Shown piece by piece: positions 12,596 through 24,000 of a stretch of DNA of 64,000 bases. This DNA is from Epithemia pelagica (lineage: Eukaryota > Protista > Bacillariophyta). The position numbers were made by a program, and so were the translations under genes. Below the pieces are notes generated by a model that was not told the origin of the DNA, searched no databases, and saw nothing but the letters and a program-made list of their open reading frames with translations. The stretch is taken from the NCBI GenBank assembly GCA_946965045.2, contig OX337241.1:2046001-2110000 (forward strand), read 5' to 3'. The first letter of the stretch is position 1. The number at the start of each line of letters is the position of its first letter.

Positions 12596-13196
12596 CTATG
12601 CGTTCAAGCTCCATGCAAACCTCTACGGGCAGAAGCAAGCCGGTCGGGTATGGTACCTATACCTATCCAAGCGACTGGTCAAGGATGTAGGATTCACCAA
12701 GTCACGAATAGACGAGTGCGTCTTATACAACGGGAACACTGTCTATGTTTATACACTGATGACTCCATCATTACTGGACCAGACCAGGACGAGATCAACC
12801 AAGTTATCAAGGAAATCCAGGAAGCCAGACTAAACATCACCGTAGAAGGAACAATCAAAGATTTCTTGGGAGTCAACATTGAACATCAAAAGGATGGGAC
12901 CATTGAATTCACACAGCCACACTTGATAGACAAAGTTTTGTCGGCACTTCGATTGGATGGAAAGACGGTCGATTCAAAGGATGTCCCAGCCGCATCATCA
13001 AAGATTCTTAAACGTCACACGGACTCACCTGAATTCGATAATCACTTCAATTATCGATCAGTCATCAGCATGCTGAATTATTTGGAAGCGGGGTCATGAA
13101 GCAATATAGCACACGCAACGCACCAATGCGCACGCTTCTGCTCGGACCCACGCAAGGAACATGCCCATGTAGTCAAGTGGCTGGGTTGATACCTAC
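12583..13196 (+). mobile_element. Old Ty1/Copia (CoDi-like) element, RT part 1
   Basis: KLHANLYGQKQAGRVW, YTDD (YxDD), DFLGVNIE, FTQPHLI, FNYRSVISMLNYL and HQCARFCSDPRKEH. Contains a frameshift and stops. Confidence 0.95.
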
Positions 13197-14129
13197 CTTT
13201 ACCACTCGTCGTCGTGCCCTTCCTCACTCACTGAGGACTCACTGAGGAGTAAGTCACTCCCCACACTCACACTGCCTAACCCCCCCAAATTACTGTACTT
13301 GAATTTTTATTCTAGTGTAGTCCTGCAAAATAGCCTGGGAAAAGAAAAAGTAGGACCGACAAAAAGTAGCACCCACCAAACACTGAAACAAAAAATGAAC
13401 CAAGGAATGGGCAATGGACAGAGGTTTGCAATTCGCAACAATCCACCATCAACGGACACAGAGGACAAGAAAATTGTGAGTTGGGAGAGCTTTTGTAGGT
13501 ATGTATGGATTATGGCATCCTCCCGGAGGAGGAGGAGGACTCACCTTGGTCAGCTTTCCCATGGTTGTAGTGTCGTTTAATGAGTGGTCGTGGTCGGGTC
13601 GGGAACGGGAAAGTAGAGGAGAGGAGTGGGGGGTGCGGTGGGGGACATACATTGACTCTAAGTATTCTGTTGTCTTATTTATGCAACAAGCACGCCTCGG
13701 AGTTTGATTGACATGCCATAAATGTAACACGAATGTTACTTAGGCATAAACCGTTATTAATCATCCGATGTAATCGGATGTGATCACTTAAGTGACATGG
13801 TTATTTACGAACAATTAAAGAGTACCTCAAAAGATGGGCCAGCCTAATTGTGTAACACTAATTAGGCTTACGACTACTAAGTATCCATTGAGAGAACCAA
13901 TCACTTAGGAAGGCCCAAAATTACCTAGGGTGCGCTGGCACGACTCCTCGTGACAAAGGAAACTAACATACTTTAATTGCCCCGGGGACTCCTCGTCGCA
14001 GGGCGCTCCTCGTCTTAACTCCTCGTCGGGCCATAGCTTCTCGTCGCTATTGCCCTTCTCGTTGTTAAGCCACTCTTCACACCCTAGCTCCTCCTCGTCC
14101 ACCCTCAGCTATCAAAGTAGATTTACTAC
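13193..14129 (-). mobile_element. Non-autonomous mini element related to the adjacent Crypton-like element (933-bp unit)
   Basis: Bounded by CTAC at 13193-13196 and 14126-14129. Its left end (ctttaccactcgtcgtcgt; aaattactgtacttg) matches 14130-14220, and its last ~275 bp match 19145-19418. No credible ORF. Confidence 0.85.
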
Positions 14130-14245
14130 CTTCACCACTCGTCGTCGTACCTTTCCCAAAACGCTACCCACACTACATAAGCCCTAAAAATTACTGTACT
14201 TGGATTTTTATTTTAGTGTATAAAATTAGAATAGCCCAAAATGAA

Positions 14246-14297
14246 AAAGTAGTACACCCAGGAAAGTAGTACACCCAGAAAAGTAGTACACCCAGGA
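14246..14297 (+). repeat. Subterminal ~18-bp tandem repeat x3 (aaagtagtacacccagga-like)
   Basis: Three consecutive aaagtagtacacccag units; the mini element has one related copy (aaaagtagcacccacc). Confidence 0.85.
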
Positions 14298-14791
14298 AAT
14301 CCACAGGGAGAGAATACGGGAAAGAGCACAAAGCGAACAAGAGGTGCACCAACGGAAAAAAGAAGAGCACAACAAACAAACACCACACGAATCAAGCAGC
14401 AAGCACCAGCAACAGCAACGGAAACACAGAGACCAAAAAACAATAATCAAAATGTAGGCAATAATTGAAACACGACACAGACGAGTTTTCACACGACACG
14501 GAAAATTCAGTAGCAAAGAGATGCACCACGAAATTTCATGCCAAGACAGAATTACAAAAATCGTGAACGTGTGAGAAACTGGTACGTAACGTGGAGTGGA
14601 ACGCGGAACAAGTGTCATCATCTAATTCTCACGTACCTTTCGAGACGTCAAGCTAGAGACCACCACCCAAATAGTCATGCAAAGAGCAAACATCAATCTG
14701 TCAAAAAGAGTGAATAAAGGGGTAAGAACAATGATACAGCAATCAACAAGAATGCAACAACAACAGCAAACGTACCGAATACTATGGTACT

Positions 14792-16196
14792 TCAATAGTG
14801 GTAGCCGTATCCATGGCTACCGCCATGGTAACGCGAACCACGATGATGGTGATGATGATGTGGAGGTGGTGGAGTGTATCCACCACCACGGTGGTGGATG
14901 TGGTCACGGTAGTACGGTGGGGGTGGTGGCGATGGAGTGTACGGGCGGTGGTGGTATCCTCGGGAAGAATGGTGGTGGGAATGATGATGAGGATGATATG
15001 GCGGCGAGTCGGATGGTGGTGGAGGTGGGGAGTACCAGTTGTTGCGATGATAAGCAACACGATGGTGCTCCTCCACACGACAATCAACCCCGCGGTCTCG
15101 ACTACCGTCATTGCGATGATATCCACCGTGATGATTCTGAGAGGGATTGTGGTGGCTGGTGTGGTGTTCCGTCGGAACAAGGGCCGTTGACGATGGCACA
15201 TTTGTGGGTGGTGGTGGCAGTTCCGTGGTCGCAATGGTTGGTGGTGGTGGAGGTGGTTGCGACGTTGATGTGGTCGCAATGGCTGGTGGAGCTGCAGCGG
15301 ATACCGTTGGTTCCGTGGTCGCAATGGTTGGTGGTGGTGGTGGTGGTGGTGGTGGCTGTTGCTCAGTCGTTGCTGTTGGGTGTGGATGCGTGGCCGTAAC
15401 AGTAGATGGCAGTGGAGGTTGTTTCATGGCTGTTACGGTGGTTGTTGTTGGTGCTTGGACTGTTGCACTGTTTGGAGGTGGTGCATGTTGGTCCATTGTT
15501 GACGTAGCTGGTGGTGGTTGCACGGCCACCGTGGTTGTTGTTGTTGGTGGTGGTGGTGGTACAACGACTGGTGGTGGCGGTTGTGGCGCTTCATGCTCGA
15601 CTGGAGGTGGTGGAGGAGGCTTTGAAGAAGCCACTGGAGTGGACGAAGGTGATGAAACAGGGAATGGCAGTGAGAACATATAAAGCAACAATCAAACAAA
15701 ACAAAACAAAACAATCTACGTACCAACGATGGTAGAGGGCGGAGAAGTTTTCTTTTTCTTTTGACATCGGGAAAGAACTTCAAGCATGCCATCCGATGAA
15801 GATGACGATGATGATGAGTCCGCGATCGACTTACTCTTCTTCTTCTTCTTCTTGCGTTTTTTCTTGGATTTGGTGTCTGTGGTCAAGAGAAGACGGAATG
15901 AGATCGATGCAACCAAGAAAACAACAAAGCAACAATCAACTTACCATGGGTTTGCGACTTGGACGACTTGGATGGTTTGTCGTCCAAGAGACGAAGGATT
16001 CGCGCCAATGAATCCTCGTCTTCGATGGACGAATCGTCATTCTGTTTCTTGGCAGCCTTGAGCTGCTGCAACGCCTTGCGACGGCGAATCTTCTTCTTGG
16101 CCTTTTTCATAAAGGCCTCAATGTCGGTGGAGGACGACGACGAGGACGAGGGGGATGAAGCGGTTTTTGACTCTTTCTTCTTGGATCTCTTCTCAT
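14792..16196 (-). CDS. Spliced Lys/Ser-rich then Pro/His-rich coding exons of the Crypton-like element
   Basis: Exons 16196-15945, 15876-15724 and 15633-14792. Introns 15944-15877 (GTAAGT..CACAG) and 15723-15634 (GTACGT..CCAG) are both phase-compatible. The upstream acceptor at 16197 is preceded by a TACTAAC branch point. Confidence 0.7.
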
Positions 16197-16255
16197 CTAA
16201 ACATAATAGCAGAGTAGTTAGTAACAAAGTATAAAGAGTGATTCATGCAATGAGT

Positions 16256-18285
16256 CTACGTAAAATTCTTCGTGTTTTCTTTGTCGGCCTCGTCGCTCTT
16301 TTCGGGTGGACGGTACCAGTTGGCCGTGACGGTCCGAACATGATTTTCTTTCGAGACGTCCTGGTACAGTACGTTGACCTCACTTGACTTGTGACGGGCG
16401 AAGGAGTTCGACGACTTCTGTGGTACTCCACAGTTGGCAACGTTCGAGATTCCGGTGCGTCGGCCGGTCCGGAACGTCACCTTCTCGGCGTTGTCAAACT
16501 TGCAACGAATGGCAAGTTGACGGGCATTCCTCAACGGCCAGTTCACGCCCAATCTACCCGCACACTTGAAGCCAGATCCATCCGCGTCATTCTGTGAAGT
16601 CTCGGGGACGAGCTCAGTCCAACCGAGGTGCTTCGCACCATCCTTGCGGGCCTTGAGGTGTTTTGCGGGTATCTGCTCTAGAAACAGCAGACCCTGCCAT
16701 CCTGGCGGGTGCGCCACTTTCATGATGTGCAAGAGGATCTTGTACGTCGCAAACTTATCATCTGGGTTGTCGATGATCATGTGCGACGAGTCTTGTGTAT
16801 CGTTGGCGACTCGATCAAAGGCGAGATTGTTCGTCGCGAGGTGCGACGATTTCTCAAGCACAGATTCTTTGAGAATAATCGCGGGAAGCCCAGCCAACAT
16901 TCCGTACGATTTGTCAAGACACGCCTTGAAAATTAAATCGGATACTTTAAGTAGTCTTATCTGGAGACAACATGCAAGAACCAAACTGTTAGACAACAGC
17001 AGCAACAACAACGGCGACAATCAACAAATACAACAACAACAACAAACAACAACTTACTTCTGGGCCGCGGAGACCGAAGTCTCGGGAAGTCTTGTAGACT
17101 CCCATGCTCAAAGCCGTGGAATACTCGCCGTCTTCGAACGGCCGAAGCTCCGGCTCGCATGTCCGCATCTTTTCTTCGTCGTCGAATGCCGTTGGTGCAC
17201 GATTGGGTAGGCGGCCAAATTCGGGTCGGACGAGGGCTGCCTTGTTCCAAATGTCGGCAAGGTAGGCATGGTAATTGCCAAGCCCATGTTTGAGATCACT
17301 TTGAGCAATCACGATCCCGTGTGTTTTAAGAAGAGCAAAGAGATGGTTCAGCATCTTCATTGTTGTGTTGGGCTGGAAGAAAAACTTGGGGTCCTCCACC
17401 GAATCCGTTTCCATATTGAAACCCCGCATTCGATGGTTCACGAGAAAAACCATTATGCAACTATTCAACAATGTCAATTTCGATGGAGTCTTCACTCCGC
17501 GGAGAGCAAGAAAGAGGAGCGGCGTTGGTGTATCTCCACCCGACAGTTCATCGATATCTTCGACGATTTCAAGAAGAAAGTGCATCTCGTGATGCTTTTG
17601 AAGACACTCCAAAAATTTGTTGACGGAGGCGGCCTTTTCTTTGTCGTATGACGCCTTGCATCCAGTGAGGTCACGGATGGTGAAGGTGTTGTTGCCGTAT
17701 ATGGTTGGAGACAGACGACAATATTGACTCCAGGCGGCCAACGAACGTGCACGAGAAGAGTTCATGGTGGGCGGGTTGAAGGTGACCTCACCAATCCGCA
17801 TGGAGCCCTTTTCGGCATCCCATGTCAGATGCTTCCGTTTGACCAAAGCTTGGGATACAAGCTTGGTATCCACTTTGCAAGATTCCACAACCGTTGCGGC
17901 GTTGAGAAGGGCGTCGTTGGCGCCATTGGGAAGATCGAGACCTTCGATCTGGTGACGACGGGAAGAAGGATCAGGCCTCGCAACATTGCTGAAGGGAAAA
18001 AGGAAACATGGTGGTTAGAATGAGACAGATAAGAATAGAAACAAAACATACTGTCACTTACTTTGATTGCTCTGTAGCTTGGATGTTGTCTTGTTGTTGT
18101 GGTTGTCGACGAGGATTTCGGGAAGGAGGAAGGTTCACTTCCGTTAATGGCGGACGATTGGCACGGTTGTTGGGTGGGCGGCCGGGATTTCGGTACGGGT
18201 TCACGTTATTGGTTGAGTTTGTGGCGTCCACATTGTTTCTTGCGGCCGCCCGCTCCAGTTGGCGGCGAGATTGTCGAGTCGCCAT
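16256..18285 (-). CDS. Tyrosine recombinase (lambda-integrase fold, Crypton/DUF3504-like), 619 aa
   Basis: Exons 18285-18062, 17988-17058 and 16960-16256 with GTAAGT..AG introns of 73 and 97 nt, in phase. Motifs: RDFGLRGPE|IRLLKVSDL (catalytic Arg box I), FRTGRRTG (HxxR position), ARHKS..VLYQ (His and catalytic Tyr). Confidence 0.85.
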
Positions 18286-18516
18286 GGTCAGGCTGTGAAA
18301 CGACGATGAAAAAACGATGCACAATGAAAAATGAGGGTGAGGAAAGTGAAGACGGTGACACTTGCGAGAAAGTGCGGACACGTAGGTTACACGTAGGAAT
18401 CAGTAGGAAACAGAACAGCGACTCAACCATGCGCGCGCGCACGGCAGGTGGTTTGAAATTTTGGGAAGACGTCTGGAACGAAAACACACGACAATGGTGG
18501 GAAACGCGGCGAAAAC

Positions 18517-18942
18517 TTACCGTCTCTGTAGGATTTCCATGATCCAAGGGTCGGAACTACAGGTGCTGAAGTCGTCGGATGACCCAGTACAGTCGTGGTA
18601 GAGTTCCGAGCGGCGAAAGAGATTGCCATCCCATTCGTCTGTTGCATTGTCCTTGGTGACAAAGACGAGAGTTTCGCCCGAAGAGTCTGATGAGCAACTA
18701 GACGACGAAGACGAACTACAAAGATCTATTACATCAGGAGGGGTGCAAAGGTCTATGACTCCACAATCAACCTGTTTGGAAGCATGAGCAACTCCACCAG
18801 AAGGAGGAGGAGTCACCATGGTCGGTTGTCTTCCTTTTCTCATCATGTTGTTGCATTGTTGTTGCACAAAATGTGTCGTCTGTGAGAGATTATCGTGGGA
18901 ATGTCCGTTGGGGGGTGGGGGATCTAAGTAATATATAGACAT
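18517..18942 (-). CDS. Small upstream ORF (141 aa) in the Crypton-like element with two VIDLC motifs
   Basis: ATG-initiated ORF with two SIM-like VIDLC motifs followed by Ser/Asp tracts. No homology recognised. Confidence 0.35.
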   Translation of the reverse strand: MSIYYLDPPPPNGHSHDNLSQTTHFVQQQCNNMMRKGRQPTMVTPPPSGGVAHASKQVDCGVIDLCTPPDVIDLCSSSSSSSCSSDSSGETLVFVTKDNATDEWDGNLFRRSELYHDCTGSSDDFSTCSSDPWIMEILQRR

Positions 18943-19414
18943 TACCTATGTATTCCTGTGTCACGTGTCACGCCTATGTAAACAACACGACTTGTCGTAT
19001 GTACCTATTTGATAGATGCGAGCCATCGGATTTGTTGCGCAAGCACGACAGTATGTTGCTTATTGAGAAACGCGAGCAATCGGATGAGGTGCGCAAGCAC
19101 GCAAGCAAGATACCTAACTAACACTGTACCGGCGCGAATGTAAAAAGCTAAATAGGCCAACTATTACTAAGTATCGATAGAGATAAACGATCACTTAGGA
19201 AGACCGAAAATTACCTAGGGTGCGCCCGCACGACTCCTCGTGACAAAGGAAGCTAACATACTTTAATAGCCCCGGGGGACTCCTCGTCGCAGGGCGCTCC
19301 TCGTGGCTTTCACAGGGGCAGTCCACTCCTCGTCGCTATTGCCCTTCTCGGAGTTAAGCCACTCCTCACACCCTAGCTCCTCCTCGTCCCAACCTGGCTA
19401 TTAAATTAGATTTA

Positions 19415-19823
19415 CTACTGGGAAGGATGACATTCAAACCGAATCAGGATGCAGGATTGGAAGTCTTCGTAGACACCGACTTCGCAGGAAACTGGGACAC
19501 CACCAAGTCCCAGATGGATCGCAATACAGCACGATCGCGCCATGGATAGATCATTTGGTACAAAGGGTGTCCAGAGTGGAAATCACAGTTGCAAACGGAG
19601 ATCGCTCTGAGCTCAACCGAGAGCGAATGCACGGGCTTATCGTACGCATTGCGTGAAGCTATACCATTCATGGAAATATTGAAGGAGATAAAGGCACACG
19701 GCATCGACATCGCGGACACACAAAACTACATTGCAAAGTGTTTGAGGACAATAGTGGCGCCCTAGAGACGGCACGTGTCCACAAATTCCGTCCAAGGACA
19801 AAGCATCTAAATGTCAAGCTGCC
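19415..19823 (+). mobile_element. Old Copia element, RT end / RNase H part 2
   Basis: MTFKPNQDAGLEVFVDTDFAGNW, SQLQTEIALSSTESE, FEDNSGAL and RPRTKHLNVKL continue the RT broken at 13196. Confidence 0.95.
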
Positions 19824-20587
19824 TGTTAGGATTCTCACCGTTAACTAGGTGGTGGTGGAATCTACAACACATCGACTGATGCTAGTATTTTATGGCATCC
19901 GATGACATTTGTGTAAAAGTGAGAAAAGAATGACGGCATGCTCGCGGACCTTTAATTTTGGCCAAGGCATGCTCGCAATGCACGCGCTATCGGCGACCGC
20001 TCGGATATTGACTATGGCCCATCACGTGCGCGCCCAGTATTCTCAAGCGCGCGCAATCACGATCCGAGTGAGCACCTCCACGACTTACCTCAACGACCTA
20101 AGTAATCAAAGCACGAATCACGATCACGCGAGACCATATTTCCATTCCCACAATTCCAAGAATGCAATCAACAACGCGCCAAGAAAACTACCTATATCAC
20201 AACAAAGCAAGAGCTGTTGGCATTGGTATATGATATACAACTGCATATACTTTCAATACAACAATGCAGGTCTACTCCAACCATTTGAGGACCTATCACA
20301 CCAGATCCATGGCCGTATACAAGAGCCAGGACCTCGACCTTCATCAAACACCTTAGTTAGTAATCATCTCACAATCATTAATATCACCATTTTAACACTC
20401 ATATTAAGACTAACCTCTTATCAGTGGACCGACTGCCCCCACCCACGGCGGACTTTGACTTGCAACTCTTCTCTGACCCGTGGAGGATTGTTGTATCGGT
20501 TGGTGATCGATTGTCGGCTCAGCGAGCCTTTTACCCAACTACCTATTACCCTTCTGAATTCTCAATGAGAGTTCTGCTAGATTAACA
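19824..20587 (+). repeat. 5' LTR (764 bp, TGTTA...TAACA)
   Basis: Canonical TG..CA ends with a 5-bp terminal inverted repeat; matches 24440..25195. Confidence 0.97.
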
Positions 20588-21083
20588 GTCTCATCGCTCA
20601 TTGCCCTGCAGTCGCATTGGAGATCATACTTACCCATCTACATTGAGTACAGATTGAGCTACACCAACCAACAAGAGTTAGAGGACAAAGCTACCCAACC
20701 CAACAACAGGGCCAGCCTGGCTAAGGCTAGGGTCATCAACCCTCTCCTATTCCAGGACCTCAAGCTGGACCAGGACTTCGTGCAACTACCTTCCCAATAC
20801 TCACCTGACCAGTACTTTGCTGAGGACTACGAGCAAGACGAGGAAGCTACCATTATTCCTGACTCCCTGGTTCAACTCGATCACCGCAACGAGTCCGGAA
20901 GTGACCAAGGATAAGTATCTTTAAGTAGTTTGCACAACAAACCAGAGACAAAACCGAGTTCCGCACATCCGGGTTCCCAGCACAACACACATCCGGGTAC
21001 TGACATACGTGGCACACACGTGGTACATCCGGGTTCAGATCACACCACACATTAAATAAACAACGAACCAACCATATACTACC

Positions 21084-24000
21084 ATGGATCCAACATACCC
21101 CAAGACACCTTCTCTTCCTTCTGACGACTCAGTACCGCCTGACATATCAGATACACAAGTGTTCAATCATATCACCCAGCATCTATTTGAATGTGATGAA
21201 GAACAAGCCCTTCATCAATGGATAAAACATAGTGGTTTCGAACACATTCTGAATGTCATCGACTATCTTGCAGTCAATCCAGAAAAGAATATCAAGGACC
21301 TTGGACAATACAAGTATGGGAACAAGACCATGGACCTGAAGACATATACAAGGCATCAACTGAAGATCCTAGCACATTGGTCACGAGAACAAACCTCAAC
21401 CCTGCAGCAGTCTGATTTACCTCGCTCTACCTGGTTGAACCTCACCAAGGCCAATTATGATCATTGGAGAATCAATGCAGACTTCACCAAGCTCCGTCTG
21501 AACCAAGGTTGCATTTCGTCATTTCGTTTAGCAAAAAGAGAGGTGCTACGTCTTAACAACTACATCTCCAATCTTCGTCTCGATGATTCATGGCACGGCA
21601 CAACCTATCAGTTTCTTCTCCACTTTCAACACCAATTCCATCTTCTCGACAATCTGGGATCAATGTTTGATCACATTCCTGGCCACTCCACTAGGATGAC
21701 CTTCCTGATGAAAGCCGTTGAAAAGGTACCTGATTTACGACAAGTCAACATCTTGTCTGGTGCAAAGACACTTTGTTATCAATCATATTTCCGTCTTCTC
21801 CTTGATGTCGCATATGATCATGACCAAGCAACTCGAGCACCAAAGTCTAACCGACTTAAGCATACCAAGCAATGCGACTTTCAATATGATCAAGATTTTG
21901 ATATCAAAGATCTATCACCCAAAGAAAAACACCGCATGATTAAGAGAACTAACGTGAAGACCAAGGAATCATCTTCGCTTCGTCCAAAGATCAGTCTTCC
22001 AAGAAATCTATGGAGTAAACTCAACGACAATAGTCGTCAAGTAATCATTGCGTACAACAAGTCTACCCAGAATGCGTCATCAACAACTGCATGCATGGAA
22101 CAGACGCATACTCTTGACATTGATCCGGAACCTGATCCCGACCCTGGTCGTGCATGGATTGACGACATGATTCAAGATGATTCCCAAGACCATCAAGATA
22201 ATTTCTTTGATCTGATTACCCGGTTGGTTCCACAAGTTGTGACCAATATTGATGTCAATCATCCAACATCTGATCTTGCTAATTTGGTGTCCAATACCAA
22301 GGCAACATCCATCCCTAATGATTGCCTCGAGAACAACAACTGTAAACAGAAAGTTGAGATATCTCGACATCTGCTCTCTCGCATGTCTACTTTCTCCGGT
22401 GACAATCAATTGACTGGCTATAATCATTGGTATCTTGATCCCATGCAAGATACGGCACCTTCTTCGAGGACTGTTGAAAATGATGGTAATCCGAATGATG
22501 CTTTTGGGAAGTATACCAATCGTGTTGTCTGTAACCTCAACCTTCTCTTGGATTTACCTTACGATCATGGACCTGATACGCCTTCCTTCTTCACACCCCT
22601 GCTTGGAGAATACTGTTCCAAACCATACCTCCAAGATCAGAACATGGCTGAGAACCGTTATCAGACCGTTAAGAGGACAACATACGTCGTGACCGTTTCG
22701 GGCCATATCCCTCTTGAGATCCTCAATGGTCGCCCACCCGGCATTACCCACCCTCTTTTCTTCCTTATCTGGGACAAGGCCCCCTACTTTACCGAATCAT
22801 ATGCCCTCTCCCACCGTCCCTACCGTCCCTACCCTCCCTCTTTTGTCACAACACTTGGCTACTGGCTTGTTTTTGCCCCTCCTCTTGGTGATACTTTGTC
22901 TCTGGACACTCCAACCCTTTGTTACTCTGCCATTCTTCATGATGCACCCACGCCACCCAGCAACCTTTGTGTGGATACCTCTTCAGGGGAGGAATCGCTT
23001 CCAAGTGAACCCAACGGCAAGCAAGCTGACATTGTTCTCATTTCTAGCAAAGGTGAAGATCCATCCACGCAAATTCCAATGATCAAACATGATGACACTA
23101 TTGGACAACCTTTCCTTGTTTATGATCCAGAGGAAAATGGGGAGCAACGACAACCGTATAATGGGGAGCAACCACAACCGTGTCTTATAAGATGCGTCAT
23201 TGATTTAGAACAAGATGCTCTCAAGCAAGAAGACTGTATCAAGTACACTTTCTGCAAATCCATTTCCGACATTGACAAGATAATTTCATACCGTCATATG
23301 GAATACATCAAACAGGACAACCAAGCACAGGAAACTGAAGATGACGTTTTTCAGTTCAGGGACGTTGTTGCAGATCAAGAACCGTCAAGTATTAGCAACA
23401 ATCCTGACTACAAAAGAAGTCACTGTAATATACTTGTTGATTGGGAGACTGGGGAGATGATCTATGAGCCTCCGTCACTCATGGTAAATGATGCCTATGC
23501 CAAGAAACATGACCTATTAAATGAACTTGGATGGAAACATCTCAAGCGTTTTGTCAAGACCAGTAAATGCCTTGTTCAAGCTGCCAAACAGCAGTCAAGA
23601 ATCAAGCAAGTCTGTCGTTCCATCAAGTACAAGTTTGGTTATCAAGTTTCAATGACAAATGAAGAATTAGTTGTTTTGTTAGACAAGCAACATGGTAAAA
23701 GAAAGTGGCACAACACTACTGAAGTTGAGCTATTTCAGGCTTCACCGATCCAATCCCTCACAAAAGTCAAGGATTGCGTTCAAGCTCAGTTCAAGAGAAG
23801 GGAAATGATAAATGCATCACCAGAAGAGTATCACAAGAACAAGATTCGAATCCATCTTGTAAAACATGATGATAGTCGCCCAGCACTTCTCATCACAGAG
23901 GAGGATTTTACCAAAGAACCGGTTGAGGCAATCTTTTTGTGTACTACATCCATTCACAACTTCCATACAGCCACCTGTCTTGGGATTCTCAATGATATGG

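Larger units (their letters stand above)
14126..19418 (-). mobile_element. Crypton-like tyrosine-recombinase DNA transposon (5289-bp unit)
   Basis: CTAC direct repeats at 14126-14129 and 19415-19418, no TIRs, and a spliced YR gene. Removing 13197..19418 rejoins the Copia RT as ..tac cta ctg gga.. (YLLG). Confidence 0.85.

Noticed and set aside
14677-15735. Several long overlapping plus-strand ORFs (Val/Gly-rich)
   Set aside because: Antisense shadows of the Pro/His-rich minus-strand exon; low-complexity sequence lacks stops.
13855-19418. ~275-bp direct repeats (13855-14129 and 19145-19418) read as LTRs of a DIRS/Ngaro or LTR retroelement
   Set aside because: No RT, RNase H or gag lies between them and there are no TG..CA ends. 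The B..A/B'..A' pattern with CTAC junctions is better explained by two tandem elements.
19909-20568. 219-aa ORF in the 5' LTR (and its 165-aa twin at 24525..25022)
   Set aside because: Non-ATG start, no recognisable motif, and it is broken in the other LTR. Likely a chance ORF.
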